A stretch of 64,000 nucleotides of DNA from Octopus vulgaris (taxonomy: Eukaryota): assembly GCA_951406725.2 (NCBI GenBank), contig OX597815.1:158038001-158102000 (forward strand), written 5' to 3'. The translations under genes were made by a program, and so were the position numbers. Numbering within the stretch: position 1 is the first letter of the stretch; each line of letters starts with the position of its first letter. Positions 1 through 13,255 of this stretch are shown here, piece by piece. The notes below the pieces were generated by a model that did no database searches, was not told the origin of the DNA, and saw nothing but the letters and a program-made list of their open reading frames with translations.

Positions 1-332
1 TTTTTAGTTGTTATATTTATTATATCAAACTAAGTATATAGTACCAGCAACCAAGTTATGGTAAATTTTAGAATATAAAAGAGTTAGAATGAAGTGGGTA
101 AAAGGGATGAAAATAAAAACAAAAATAAAACGTTTGTACCACACACAAACATTATAAATCTCAAAGCCTAATAAGATTTTTAGTATAATATTGTAAATTT
201 TTGGGAAAAAAGTTTAAGTTAGCTTTAAAAGTGCATAAGTGCATGATATGTTTAAATGAATGCATTGAGTGTAATTTATGCGTCAAGATAAACCTACTAG
301 TATTAATATTTAATAAAATAGAACCTACTAAC

Positions 333-386
333 CTGGTCTCCTTTTTCTCCTTTTCCACCACGCCTGCCTCTTTTACCTTTTGGTCC
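333..386 (-). CDS. Collagen exon, 54 nt: GPKGKRGRRGGKGEKGDQ
   Basis: Acceptor ctcttttttcag, donor GTTAGT, 6 Gly-X-Y triplets, phase 0-0. Confidence 0.95.
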
Positions 387-1389
387 CTGAAAAAAGAGTT
401 CCACCAAATTGTTAAACTATTTGAAATGGTTAATGCATAAAGGTTTTGATATTAATACAGTTCTCCATATTGTTATCAATCTTATCTTTATTTCATTATC
501 AATATCGATTGAACAATTTAAAATTCATGTTTCAAATTTAAATGAAATAAGAAGATAATTATTTGATAAAGTTTTTTCTTTGTATTTTAGTTTTATTCTT
601 CATAATTTTTTAAACTACTCAATTGGTATTTATTAGTGCAAAGCTAGTTTCAGCATTATTCACTTTTAACACAATCTTCCAGCATGTTTAAGTACTAGTT
701 TGCTTGGAATAAGATAAATTATTTAATAGCTGGATGCACTTGTTACCATCAAACATGAAGACTGGAATATCCTTTTGTTGTTCAGGGAAGCAAAAATTTC
801 GTATCTTGTCTAGAAAGGAATTCAACATAGTGGCTGTAGCAAGATTTTGATCAATAGTTTAGCATTTTAATCCTACAACCACAATAACTTGAGGTAAATT
901 TCAACAAAGATTCAGTATAATTGTAGAGATTTGTTGGATAACAATATATTTTTTTTTACTTAATATTTATGTTTTAAATTGGAGAAAAGATTAACCACAA
1001 AATTGCCAATGCTAATAACGAGGCTGGTTATTCTCATGAAAAATCCCATCCAGTTACTCTTCAATAAATTTCTAAATAGAACAAGAGGTTTTTTTCCTCT
1101 TCAGTAATACATCTTTATAGTTGAAATTGCTGCTGACATTCTATTACTGATTCTACTAGCATGGAATCCTCTGCATACAACAAAGTATGCACTTTTCTTA
1201 TTTAAACTAAGATCACCATAATTTGAAGTAAACCAAGCAAGAGTTAAAACAAAGGTAATGAAAAAAGAGCACACAAAATTGTTATAATATAGGTTTTAAG
1301 TAACCAAACAATAGTTTAAAATACTTTAAACAATAGTTTAAAGTATTCACGACAGATATTAGTTGGTTGAGCATAAAAAAGTGACTTAC

Positions 1390-1443
1390 ACGTGGTCCTG
1401 TTGCACCTACATCACCTTTAACCCCTTTAGGTCCAGCGGGTCC
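1390..1443 (-). CDS. Collagen exon, 54 nt: GPAGPKGVKGDVGATGPR
   Basis: Acceptor ctctcag, donor GTAAGT, 6 triplets. Confidence 0.95.
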
Positions 1444-1816
1444 CTGAGAGTACAAATATACAATTTTTAGTAAATTTCAGAGAAAAGATACTGATTTTTT
1501 CCAACACAATTTCTTAATTAAAGAACACCACATATTATTGCTCTACTATACTCACTTATAAATGGAATATTGTAGATTATTTTTGATTAAGGGTAATATT
1601 GAATATGAATATAGAAAGTCTATTTTTTCCTTTAAATAGATATTTAAATGAGTGACTGAAATAACATTCATAAATTAATACAAAATATATGTCAAAAAGC
1701 AAAATATTTTTGGTTACCTTTGTTGAATCATGAATGAGAGAACAATACAGAACATGTAAGCAAAAGACAGACCAAAAGCAGCATTTACAACAAATAAGTA
1801 ACCAAACTAATTCTGA

Positions 1817-4730
1817 TCTTATATATAAATGGTAATTTCTGTCTGTCTGTCTGTTACCATCTTGCTGCCCAAACCAGGGAACCAATCTTCATCAAACTTT
1901 GTATACATGTTGAACTAACACCCAGTTCAATTATACGCTAATGGAATTTCAATAAAATTTGATAATGGGCCAACTACGGGGGTTGGGCTATTATATGATA
2001 AAATGATATGGGTGTAAAAGAGTTTGCATTACACAAATTTTACATTATAATCTTTTCTATAAGTCAACTATTTTAAACATTTTATACCATGACAACGACG
2101 TCACATTTTTTATATGAGTGTGTACCTTAAATGACATCCATTTCTCTCTATACTATGACTAAATATAGTCACTCTCTCTCTCACATCCCATGCACACATA
2201 TATATACAAAAAAAAGATGTATGCATATGTATTTATGTATGTGTATCTGTAAGATGTGTGCATGCGTATGCGTGAGAGAGAGAAACTGAGTGAGTGCCAC
2301 TTACACATACATGACAACACACACCTTCACTCACTTACTCTCTCTCTCTCTCTCTCATGCACACACACACATCCATACATCTTTCACTTTCTGCTCTCAC
2401 TTCAGAGCAAATGTCACGGTTTCACTTTCTCTTCTCTTTCAATTTCTGCTCTCTTCAAAGCATAAAGAAATAAAAATTTTTATGGAAATTAATGAATACA
2501 TTCGAAAACTGAGTTGCTGATTTTGACATATGGGGTATCAAAAGATTCAGTAATCTTTTGGCTAACAAATAAACTTTATTTTCATTTACATATTTCCATT
2601 ACACAAATTTAACACTATAATCTTTCTATAATTCAACTATCCTAAATGACATTTTATTCCATGACAATGACGACATCACATTTTCTATGAGTGCCTACTT
2701 TAAAAGACATCCATTACTTTATATGTTGAGAGGAAATACGGTCACTCACTTTCTCTCTCACATGCACACGCACACATACATACAAAAAAGATGTATGCAT
2801 ATGTATTTATGTACATGTATATGAAAGATAGTGAGAGAGAGAGAGAGAGAGAACGAGAGAATGTCACACAAGATGTCAACTATTTTCAAACAAGATGATG
2901 GTCGTGAACCCCCTCCATTTGATAGATCGGTACCTCCAATGCTTCGATTGATCATCACGCGGGACGAAGTCAAACGTGTTATTCAAGGCCTCGATGTCAG
3001 CAAGGGCCACGGCCCTGACGGCATACACCCACGGGTTATCAAAGTGTTGGCTCCGGTCATCTGCGAGCCCTTAACACGACTATTCAATATGTCATTGGCG
3101 ACGGGTGTTATACCTGCAGACTGGAGAACAGCGATAATCTGCCCAATTTTCAAGAAAGGGAGCCGCGAAGACCCGCTTAACTACCGACCGGTTTCCCTTA
3201 CATCAATAATCAGCAAGATGTTCGAAACCATCCTTAAGAAAAGTATGATGCTCCACCTCCTAAACACAGCCTCGATCACTGATTCGTGAACACGGCTTCG
3301 TGCCGAAGAGATCATGCTTGACCAACTTACTAGTAATGGAAGAATTGGTGATGCGCATCCTCGATGATAGTGATGCTGTTGACATCGTTTTATTGGACTT
3401 TGCCAAAGCTTTTGACTTGGTAAACCACCGCCTACTACTTGTCAAGCTTCAAGCATATAGTTTCCATCCGGATATTGTACGATGGGTTGGTGCCTTCCTC
3501 TCAGATCTCTCCTTCCAAGTTCAAGTTAATGGTTCGCGGTCTGATGTCTCCAGTGCGAGCAGTGGCGTGCCTCAAGGTTCAGTGCTTGGGCCCTTGTTGT
3601 TCTTAGTCTTCATAAATGACTTGCCCGACGACCTCATGCAACACACCCTTCTATTTGCCGACGATATCAAACTGGTCGCTCCTCGCGGTAGTATAGAGGA
3701 TCTTCGTCGATGCCTCCACCAAATTTGGAAGTGGTCTAACGATTTGGACCTGTGTCTGAACGTGTCAAAGTGCTGTCATCTGCCTGTCGGCTCTACTCCT
3801 GCAACTCAACTTGATTTCGAGCCGGGTCGTCTGCTGCTGGAGAGGACCGATCAGGTAAAGGACCTAGGTATCTTGGTGGATTCCTCCTTTTCGCCTTCGG
3901 CCCAGTGCGTCCATGCTGCCAACAAAGCGCGCGGAATTCTGTTTTTGATTCGACGGTCATTCGGAATGCTCACAGCAGTCATATTCCTGCCACTCTATGT
4001 CACGCTGGTGAGACCCATATTGGAGTATGGGATTCAAGCCTCTTCTCCTTATCTCCTCAAAGACATACAGCATCTCGAAAGAGTCCAGAGGCTGGCTACC
4101 CGCATGGTTCATGGTCTCAAAAATTTGTCCTACGAAGAAAGGCTGAGGACACTCGACCTTTATTCTCTTGAAAAACGCCGCCGCCGTGGTGATCTCATTC
4201 TCGCCCACAACATCATAAGTGGGAAGTGTAACCTCTCGAAAGAGCTGTTCTTCACTCCTGCTCCGGAGCGTCGGCTGCGGGGTCATTCCGAAAAGCTCTA
4301 CCTGTGACGATTTCATCTCAATCAAAGGAGAGGAGCTTTCTCCGTCCGGGTTGCGGATCCGTGGAACAAGCTGCCAGACGAGATGGTGAAGATGCCGACG
4401 ACCGCTTTGTTCAAAGCCTCCCTGGACCTCAGGTGGCCTGAACTCTTTACATGAACACCACCCTGTACTTAACTCCATGTCCCCCTACATGGCCTTGCTA
4501 TTTGCTTTTGAGCCAAATTAACTAACTAACTAACATACGTGCAAAAAATACATACATGGCAACACACACCTTTACTCATTCTCTCTCTCTCACACACACA
4601 CATCGATTTCATATACACATACATCTTTCACTCTCTGCTCTCACTTCAAAGCAAATGTTGCCTTTTCACTTTCTCCTCTCTTCAAAGCATAAAGAAATAA
4701 AAGATTGTTAAGGAAATTAATGAATAATCA
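1817..4730 (+). mobile_element. Helitron-like non-autonomous element 5' end followed by a diverged ~570-bp tandem duplication (second copy split by the LINE)
   Basis: A|TCTTATATATAAA then (TCTG)n then aaaccagggaaccaatcttcatcaaacttt resembles 5' ends of non-autonomous Helitrons. 2027-2498 aligns by eye with 2597-2870 plus 4545-4726. No 3' CTRR terminus identified. Confidence 0.5.
2871..4534 (+). mobile_element. 5'-truncated CR1-like LINE (reverse transcriptase region, 3' UTR and (TAAC)4 tail)
   Basis: ORFs 2831-3289 and 3300-4307 give GPDGIHPRV, NYRPVSLTS, LDFAKAFD, GVPQGSVLGPLLF and FADDIKL. One +1 frameshift at ~3288 and one TGA (likely from CGA) at 4305; the frame continues to TGA at ~4453. 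TAAC repeat tail at 4519-4534. Confidence 0.95.
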
Positions 4731-5360
4731 TATGATCCCATATGACCAAGTTGACAACTTTCCTGCTTCAAACGAAAGAATGCCATAAAATAACTTCCTT
4801 TGGTACATGCACACATGCGCACGCACACACTCTACATCTTTTGCAACAAAAGAAATTCTTCATTGTTATAGAATACAGATAAATGAATTTCTTAGATACA
4901 TTACTACCTATTTTGCTTTATTTCAGAAAATAATTGTCATACTTATTGTAATAAAAGATGAATAGAAAAAAAAAAAGACTGGAAAATAGGTTTACAATTT
5001 TGAACAGAGTTTCTTTCATATCTGTATGGTTGTCTATTTATCAACAGAAACACACACTGACAGAGATGTGAGTGTGTGTTTGTGTGAAGAAAGCAAACAA
5101 AAAGGAATGAAAATGTGAGAACTCAGTATTTTTTAGTGATTTATATTTATCAACAATAATTTTATTGTTGGATGGATTTTAGAGATGGATATCTTGAGTT
5201 TCACAAATAAAACAAAATGTAAAGTGCAACTAATTTGAGTATAGAAATGAGGTAACAATTTCACAATATGTGGCCTCAGTTGTAGAGGTTATATGAAGAC
5301 CAATCTGATCACTTAATTGCATAATAGAAAACAATTAGTTATAACATGAAATTTTCTTAC

Positions 5361-5396
5361 TCGTAATCCCAGAGGGCCATTGAGTCCATTTATTCC
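5361..5396 (-). CDS. Collagen exon, 36 nt: GINGLNGPLGLR
   Basis: Acceptor ttctttattgcag, donor GTAAGA, 4 triplets. Confidence 0.92.
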
Positions 5397-5499
5397 CTGC
5401 AATAAAGAATGGAAAAGAAAATATTACAAGCCATATTATAAATATTATATAATGTCTTCCTTTTAATTAAATGAATATTAATTTCTAGTATAATACAAG

Positions 5500-5660
5500 G
5501 CCACAAACTTGGTGGGTATGAATGCAGTTGATTAAATCAATTCTAGTGCCTGAATGGCCCTTATTTTATCAATCCTAGAAGGATGAAAAGTGAAGTTGAC
5601 CTTGATGGAATTTTGAATTGAAAATGTAAAGTGATGTAACTAAATACTGCTCTAAGAATT
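5500..5660 (-). mobile_element. Degenerate SINE fragment (Meta/OR2-like core)
   Basis: Reverse complement reads ttcaaaattccatcaaggtcaacttcacttttcatccttctaggattgataaaataag. A similar, more decayed copy lies on + at ~29555-29690. Confidence 0.5.
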
Positions 5661-6594
5661 TTGCTATCCACTGTCTTAATTAAATGAATATAATGTATTT
5701 TTTTTATATTGTTGTATGTAGCAAGGAACCTATATATTTTAGAAAAAGCTCTGTTCTTGCAGTTGAACAATTATTATTTTATTAAATCATATTTAAATAT
5801 TCTTTAGTGGCAAAGAAAAAGGACAGTAAATCAAATGGAATTATATTTAAATACTTCAATTACCATTATTTCCAAATTTATACTATTAATATTGATCTCA
5901 TTACAAGTAGAATATTGGGATTAATTGTAGATTAATAAACTACTTCCAGTTTTTAACTCAAATTGTTAGCTTTATGTATAAGTTAAATGTTAATGATGTA
6001 GAAATAATAAAACAAGGAGCTAGTAAGAATTGTTTTAAAAAATAATGGATATGTTTAACAGTAGTAAATATACTTTTACTAAACTGTGTTTAATGTTTCA
6101 GCATATCTCTAAAATTAGGTTAGATCCTACAAAGTTTCTGTCAATTCATAGGCAGTGACTAAGTTTGGTGTAGCATCGCTAGAATCAAATTTTATGGCAA
6201 GGTGTTGTATAAGAAATTTAGTTTTGAATTTTTAGTAATTTTTTGATTTTTAGTAATTTTTTGATTTTTTTGATTTTTAGTAATTTCTTTCATGTTCACA
6301 GAGATTAAATATTACTCTGAAATAGGCAGTTCTCTAAATTACTAGAGTGTAATCAAATTATTTCTTGAGAATATGACAGCTTAATTCTGATTATTAGACA
6401 TGCACATCACATGAAAATGAGTACATGCAATAAATGAGGGAACACTGGAAAGAAATTACTTGATTGATATTGAATTCCAACAAAATGATTTTGATAAGTA
6501 GTAGAAATGCATTTAAGAAGAATGGTATATTGATTAGGAATAACAAATAGTTAACATGTTTGAAAATAAGGATATTAAGGTACTATGCATTTAC

Positions 6595-7732
6595 ACAAGA
6601 GTTGGACCAAAAATAATGCAAAATTGGGAATAACTTTTGTAACAACTGATATAAGTCATTCAAATTGTGCATGTTAGTAAGGTAATTCTTCCTCCATACA
6701 GGTGTTACTTAATTGACATAGTCTTCACTTCATCATCATTTTCAACATATCTGTGTTGTCAAAGCACTGTCCCTGAAGATAATCCTTCATTAGATCAAAG
6801 AAGTATAAGTTGGAGACTACCAGGTCAGGGCTTTATGGTGGATTAATTTGCTGACTGCCTGATTTATTGTTAAAGATGTGTGTGGTTATGCATTGCCATG
6901 GTGAATGTGGATAATTTTCAGATTCATATTTGGTCTCTTCTTTTTAATGGTTGCTCTAAGCATTTTGAAGTGTCTTAATGCATTGCTCTTGGTACATCCA
7001 CATTTCAAAAAATCAAGGAGGATGATTGTGTCATTCCAAAATACAGCCACAGTGACTTTCTGCTTTGGTCACTGGCTCTTTTAACTTCTTAGGAGAAGAG
7101 ACTTGATACCATACCATGGAATGAGCCTTTGTTTCCAGATTATAAGGATATGTCCATGTTTCATCCCCTGTCATAAGATCAGAAAAAAAGCTACATTGGA
7201 TTCCAACACTTTCAGCAGATCAAGGTAGACTTTTCATTGTTCTCTCCTTCAAACTGTCAACAGCCAAGATGCCTACTTCACACACTCTTTCCAACATCTT
7301 CTATAATGCATTGTAGATTCAACCCAGGGTCGTGCCTCAAGTTCACAGATTGTGACTTGTCTTTTAGCTCAAATCAATATTTCCACTCACCAGCAATTCA
7401 TGTCAGTGACTGCAGCTGATATTCTCACACTGCATATTCCTTTTCTTTAAACTTTGTCCATCTATGTACTTTGTTTTTGTCAACAGCACCATCTCTGTAT
7501 ACAACCTGTAACATTCTGTGGAGGTTGGAGAGCCTGCACCCCTCCTTCATCAACAACTAATGATAACAGGTTGCTTCTGCTTAGAATCCATTATTTGCCA
7601 GCAATGAAGAACAGAAACAAGACTTACTATAGAGGAAGAGTTACTCTACCAACAAGTGTAATTTAAATGATGTATACCACTAAATAAAAAAAAGCTCTGT
7701 CTATTTTAGCATTACTTTCAGTACAACTCATA
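6595..7732 (-). mobile_element. Decayed mariner-type DNA transposon
   Basis: Minus strand gives MTGDETWTYPYNLETKAHSMVW at ~7110-7180 and a P*SPDLVVSNLY (YSPDLAPSDY-like) remnant at ~6800-6840. Imperfect terminal inverted repeats gagttg.ac..aaa.taatgc at ~6598-6619 and ~7709-7730. Confidence 0.75.
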
Positions 7733-7852
7733 TTTAAATTAATGTAAAATTGATGAACAAAATCAAAATTGACTCTTACACCAATAACAGTTAATTAGCA
7801 CATAAAAACAAGCAATTACACAAAATTATAAATTGCGTGGAAATCTACATAC

Positions 7853-7948
7853 AGGCTTGCCCTGGTCTCCTTTTTCTCCTTTAGAGCAAGCACATACTGG
7901 AGCACCATCTTTAGCAAATCCAGGGATACCTGCTGGACCAGGAGGACC
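7853..7948 (-). CDS. Collagen exon, 96 nt: GPPGPAGIPGFAKDGAPVCACSKGEKGDQGKP
   Basis: Acceptor ttttcatcctcacag, donor GTATGT; Gly-X-Y at both ends with an internal interruption containing CAC. Confidence 0.93.
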
Positions 7949-8232
7949 CTGTGAGGATGAAAATAGTAACTTAATCATTTGAATGCTTTTTCTTTTTTAT
8001 TGTTACATACTAGATTCAATATTCTGTTATATATTTTGTTCACAGCATTACATATTTAAATCGACATTTTCTTTGTTAATAAATTTGTAAAGTTACAGTT
8101 TAAACTATTTATGATAAAAGAAAGTTTAATAAAATAACAAAATGGATGTAAGTATATCTGGGATATACATAACTGTTAAAAAAGTTATCAAACTTAATAT
8201 GCAAAAAAGATTCTGAGTTTTATTTCAAATTG

Positions 8233-8294
8233 AAAGAGAGAGAAAGAGAGGGGGGAGATAGAGAGAGAGAGAGAGAGAGAAAGAGAGGGGGGGA

Positions 8295-8350
<56 letters not shown>
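8233..8350. repeat. (GA)n / (GATA)n microsatellite
   Basis: Direct reading. Confidence 0.9.
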
Positions 8351-8352
<2 letters not shown>

Positions 8353-9519
8353 ACAAAGTCAAAACTGAGTAATACTAAATAAACAATGAAAACAAATTCT
8401 AAAATCAATGTATGAAATTTCAATAATGATTAAAATTAGTATCTGAAATAAGTCAGATGCAGGTTAGAATGAGTTGTTTTTTTTTCGTGTGTGTTAATAA
8501 AGAAGATTAGTTGGGCTACTTCATTATAAACTTTAAATGGTAAATACTTACATAAAACAAATAAAACAAAAATCAGACACATAATTAGTAAAATACAACC
8601 ATTCACTAATGCAAAATTAAATCATGAAATTGAGCATATCTATTCCTCAGATTAAACATATATGTACACACACACACACCCACACGCACATAGTTGCATC
8701 GGAGTGTTCATGAATTTAGCCAGATGCTCTTCCTACCATCAACCACTCTATGATATGGACTGGATGCACTTCTTTGTGTTACCAGTGCTACAGAAGTTGT
8801 CTTCAGAACTAAAGTATCCAGGGTTTATAGTGTTTTTGTTTCTGCTTAGAGCTCTCCTTGATGGATTGGAAAGCTCTGGAAGAAGACTAAAAAGAGGGAT
8901 GAAGGGGTGAAATGAAGAATGTATGAGACAGGGATATGTAGATAAGAAGTAATGGACAAATCATGTAGTAAGGAGGTGAGGGGGAGAGAAAGAGAGATAA
9001 GTGAGGAACAGAGAAAGAAGATAATGTGAGGTAGATGAGACTGATGGCATTGATGAGGCAGTCTTTGGAGGAAGGAGGGTGTAGTCAGCAAAGACAAAAA
9101 TGAGAGTATTGGGTGTGAAATTGCTTTCTTACAAGGGAATTGGGGGTAGATTCATCACCATCATGCATGGATTAGGCATTATTCATTCAGGTAGATTTTT
9201 TATGGGGTGGTGCCTTTTCTGTCACTAGCCCTTAATTGTTTCCAAGCAAGTTGATATTTCCCCATGGTCAGATATATTCCCATAGAATATTGGAGATGAA
9301 TGACATCACTTGTGTGACAGTCACATTCACTTAAAACTATTGATCAATGTCAACACAAAGAGACATAAGCATGCATATGCATATAAGACAGACTTCTTTC
9401 AGTTTCCAAAGAAGACACTTGCTCAAAGGTGCCACACAGTGGGATTGAAGTCAAGATCATGTGGTTGAGAAGCAAACTTCTTATTAATACAGCCATATCT
9501 GCACGTATTTACTAATGGT

Positions 9520-10530
9520 TGTAAATATGAAGTCTTTTCCTGGTGAAGAATGTACAACCCAACGAAGGCTACTGATTAGTGACTTCAGAAAGTTCAGAAT
9601 AAGACCTAGACAGACCAAGAGACTAAAGACAGTTTGAAGAATGCAAGTGTTGAAACTGAGGTATCTTTCAGCTAAATATATGTTCAGAGTAATTCTAGAT
9701 GATGCATATGATGAAAAGGAGCAAGTGACAGAGACTCATCACTTACAGAACAATTGATAGTTTCTAAGAGATAACCTGCTGAAAGTTATAAACCATATTG
9801 CTGTCCAGTGCAAGGCACCAGTAAACAAATTAACACTGGTAGAATATTACTATGGAAAGAACAACAGCTAAGAGAAAGATGTAAAAAGAATGAAACAAAG
9901 GGAGTTAACAAAGAACACTACCATGTTACTAGACGAGAAGCTAGATGATAAGAGAGTGTGTGTGTAGTATGGAGAGAAACTGAAAGAAGGAAGATGAAGG
10001 GCATGAAATGTTCTAGATTACAAGGCAGTGTATCCGAGTGAATAGAGATGTTGTTGGAGAAAAATGTGTTCAAAATGATAGTAGCACACTTTTGCCAACT
10101 GATTATTACAAGAAAAAGTCATGGAGATGTTACTATGAAACATTGTTGAATGTGGAAAATATATGGAAGAAAGACGATCTACTGACTGAGGAACCAGCTA
10201 CTGAAGTAGATAGCAAGTCAAGTAAAATAGCTGATTCTTCTGGTATAGTTGCTGAGATGCTAAGAGTATTGGGCAAAATAGAACTCAAGCTAGTCAACTG
10301 CATAGTTAACCAAATTATACAGGGGAATGTTATATAATGATCATCAACTGTTACAGGAGTAAAGGAGGTGCTCTAGAAAGAAGCATCTCAGAAGGTATGA
10401 AACTGATGGACTAAGTTATGAAAGTAAGTCTTAGCACAACTGGTTAGGAACACAATCCACTTAGACAAGATGCATTTCTTTGATGCTCTCATCATAGTGA
10501 TACAACAGCAAGAGAAGTTCCTAGCCAAGA
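9520..10530 (+). mobile_element. Decayed RTE-clade LINE fragment
   Basis: FPGEECTTQRRLLISDFR, NRDVVGEKCV and SGIVAEML remnants; collinear with the better preserved copy at 38247-39262. Confidence 0.7.
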
Positions 10531-11135
10531 GTCCCACTGCATGGCATCGCTGCATGGTACTTTGGGCAAGTGTCATTTTCTATAGTTTGGGTTGACCAAA
10601 GCCTTATAAATTGATATAGTAATTGGAAATGGATAGAAATCCATATATATGTATGCATATGTGTTCCCATAACCTTGTCTTGACACTGCTAATTGTGAAA
10701 AAAAAAACCCACCCCATATCTTGCTTGCAAACAGGTGAAAAAGTTGAAAATATGAAGAGCATCTGGTCATAGAAAACTTTTTGCATACAAGCATGGAAGA
10801 GTGTACAATGAGATGTTGATATGATGGTCATAGTGAAATATACATATATAAACACACCACACAGATATATTAATTTATACACATACACACATGAGTACAT
10901 GTGTATATGTACATTTGTGTCTCTGTGTGATATATATCTTCCCCTTGTGAATTGAAAGGCAACCTCATTAGTGTTGGTGCTATGAAAAGCACCAGGCATA
11001 CTCTGTGAAGTGGTAAGCATTAAGAAGGGCATCCAGCAATAGAAACCATACCAAAGCAGACATTAGAGAATGACATAATCCTCTGACCCAGTAGATTTTG
11101 TCAAACTGTCCAGCTCATAAAGGATGGAAGATTAT
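10530..11135 (+). mobile_element. Decayed SINE pieces (partial head and ggaagggcatccagc-type tail)
   Basis: ctttgggcaagtgtc...gggttgaccaaagcctt matches the head at 26640-26785; the tail at ~10960-11130 matches copies at 23830 and 35537. Confidence 0.55.
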
Positions 11136-12167
11136 ATACACACACACACACACACACACAAACATTAACTCAAATATAAAATTTTATAATACTAAGTCCT
11201 ATTCTACTATTATTGATGGATATTCTTAGGTGAAACAAAATTAATTTTTCAGGTGTTTTTCTTAACAAAAACTAAATATTACTTGATAAACAAATATCAT
11301 GTTACAAATGTATATTATTTTAAATGAACATAAAAAACATTGTAATAAAAAAATACAAACAGAAAACACAGAAATATTAATATCTATAAAATTTTAACGT
11401 TTAAATATGAAATATTGATTTCATCAATGAAAGCAATAAGTCTTTAAATCTTTATAATAAAATTTAGAAATTTCATCAGAAATATATGAATTGTAATTGT
11501 TAGCTTTTATCGTAAATGAACCGCTTATAACTAGAATTGCATAAAAAGAGATGATCTCTTTATTTGGTGCCAGTAGAATATGAAGCTAATAATTAAAGAA
11601 TCAATAAGAGTTGTTCTTATAACCATAAAACAAACGCTTGAATCAATAAAAATATTTTCCTGGGAGTTTCACAAGAATCAGCTTGTAGTTATAATCAAGA
11701 AACATAACTCTTCCCAAGGCGAATTAGAGTTATGTTCCTTGACATTTCCCATTCTCTTGCGTACAAAAAGAAAATAAATAAATAAAATACATATTTCATT
11801 TGCTTCAAACTGAACGTTTATCATTCTTTAGCATTGAGGGTGACACAAGGAATTATGTGAATTATTAACAGATGTGAAGCCCCAGTAAGTAAAGGTCAGA
11901 AAAAAAAAGTAAACTGCAGACAAAAATAGGCATTTAGAATAAGTGAGAAAACCTGCAGTAGAAAAAAATTACTGAACCATGCTGATGCTTGTATTGGATT
12001 TTTCTACAGTAAATTTTTAGAGCTCTCTTCATTAGAGGATTATAATTACTTGTGAGTATCTGTAACACTTGCAGAAAGAAAGATAAAATATAGTAATCTC
12101 TTGCCATATCATAGTTCACCTATCGTAGTTTATTATTTAAGCTTTCTCTGTGGTGTTGTTTTGCATT

Positions 12168-12201
<34 letters not shown>

Positions 12202-12228
12202 CAGAAATTATAAAAATAAATAAAAGAT

Positions 12229-12316
12229 ATACAGTACTGTACTGTTTCTACTTCGTGGATTTTCGCCTACGCAGGGATCAGGGTGGAACACCCAGGATAG
12301 TAGAGGGATTACTGTA
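12229..12316. mobile_element. Tigger/pogo-like terminal fragment
   Basis: Ends in gagggattactgTA (reverse complement TAcagtaatccctc), resembling a Tigger-type terminus; begins tacagta. Confidence 0.4.
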
Positions 12317-12723
12317 GCCATTGCGGATATAAGGGAAAGGTCAAACCTGATCCTTTGCCATTATTTTTATTAAAAATCACAAAGGATTTCTAAATCAGAC
12401 ACAATTTTAGAGAATCAATAATCTGCAATTCTAGAGCTGTATGGTCATTAAATTGAAATAAGATTTATATTTAACACTTGTGTTGAAAATATGAGAAAAT
12501 CAGTGGCTCAAAAATGAAACTCATCAGTAGAACCTGAAGTTTCTCTGGACTTAAGGAAGGCCTAGAAGTGATTTAATGAATTTTATTTCCAGGTTTAGGT
12601 CATAAGTGCATCCAAAGAGTCAATATTCAGTGACATAACAGTGCTGATTATAAGCAAAATAATTTTCAGATTGTCCTCCATGCTGACATTTTTACAAAGT
12701 GTTTATTCATTCCATGAAAGTTG

Positions 12724-12767
<44 letters not shown>

Positions 12768-13190
12768 TTTTATTATTAATAAGAATGTACATGCAACATT
12801 GAATGTATTGAAAAGTGTAACTATATATAGATAATAGCATGCCAATGAATTTATCAAGATAAAAATTTATTTAAATTGTTGAATGAAATGAATAAACTAG
12901 TAAAAATGAATTATATTTGTTCATTTCCAAGACTAAAATCATCTACTTTTATCGAAAAGAGATTTAAAAACTGAATCAGCTGTTTTGCATTTAGAGAAAA
13001 ATATAACTAGAAGAAACTTATTTTCCTTAGCTAGATATGGAATAATATTTGCCTACATGATAAGAAAATTGTACAGAACTAGGAAAAGAAATATACTGTT
13101 TTTGTATATTTTAAAGTAACTTCTTAGATAAATTGTAAATCGACTCCATATATATATTTTTTAAGTTCATATAATTAAATTTATGCTGTA

Positions 13191-13255
13191 TATTTCTCTT
13201 AATCCAGATACATTTCTCTTAATCCAGATGCATTTCTCTTAATCCAGATGCATTT
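13191..13255. repeat. 20-bp tandem repeat x3 (catttctcttaatccagatg)
   Basis: Direct reading. Confidence 0.9.

Noticed and set aside
3957-4478. 173-aa minus-strand ORF
   Set aside because: Antisense shadow of the LINE RT frame
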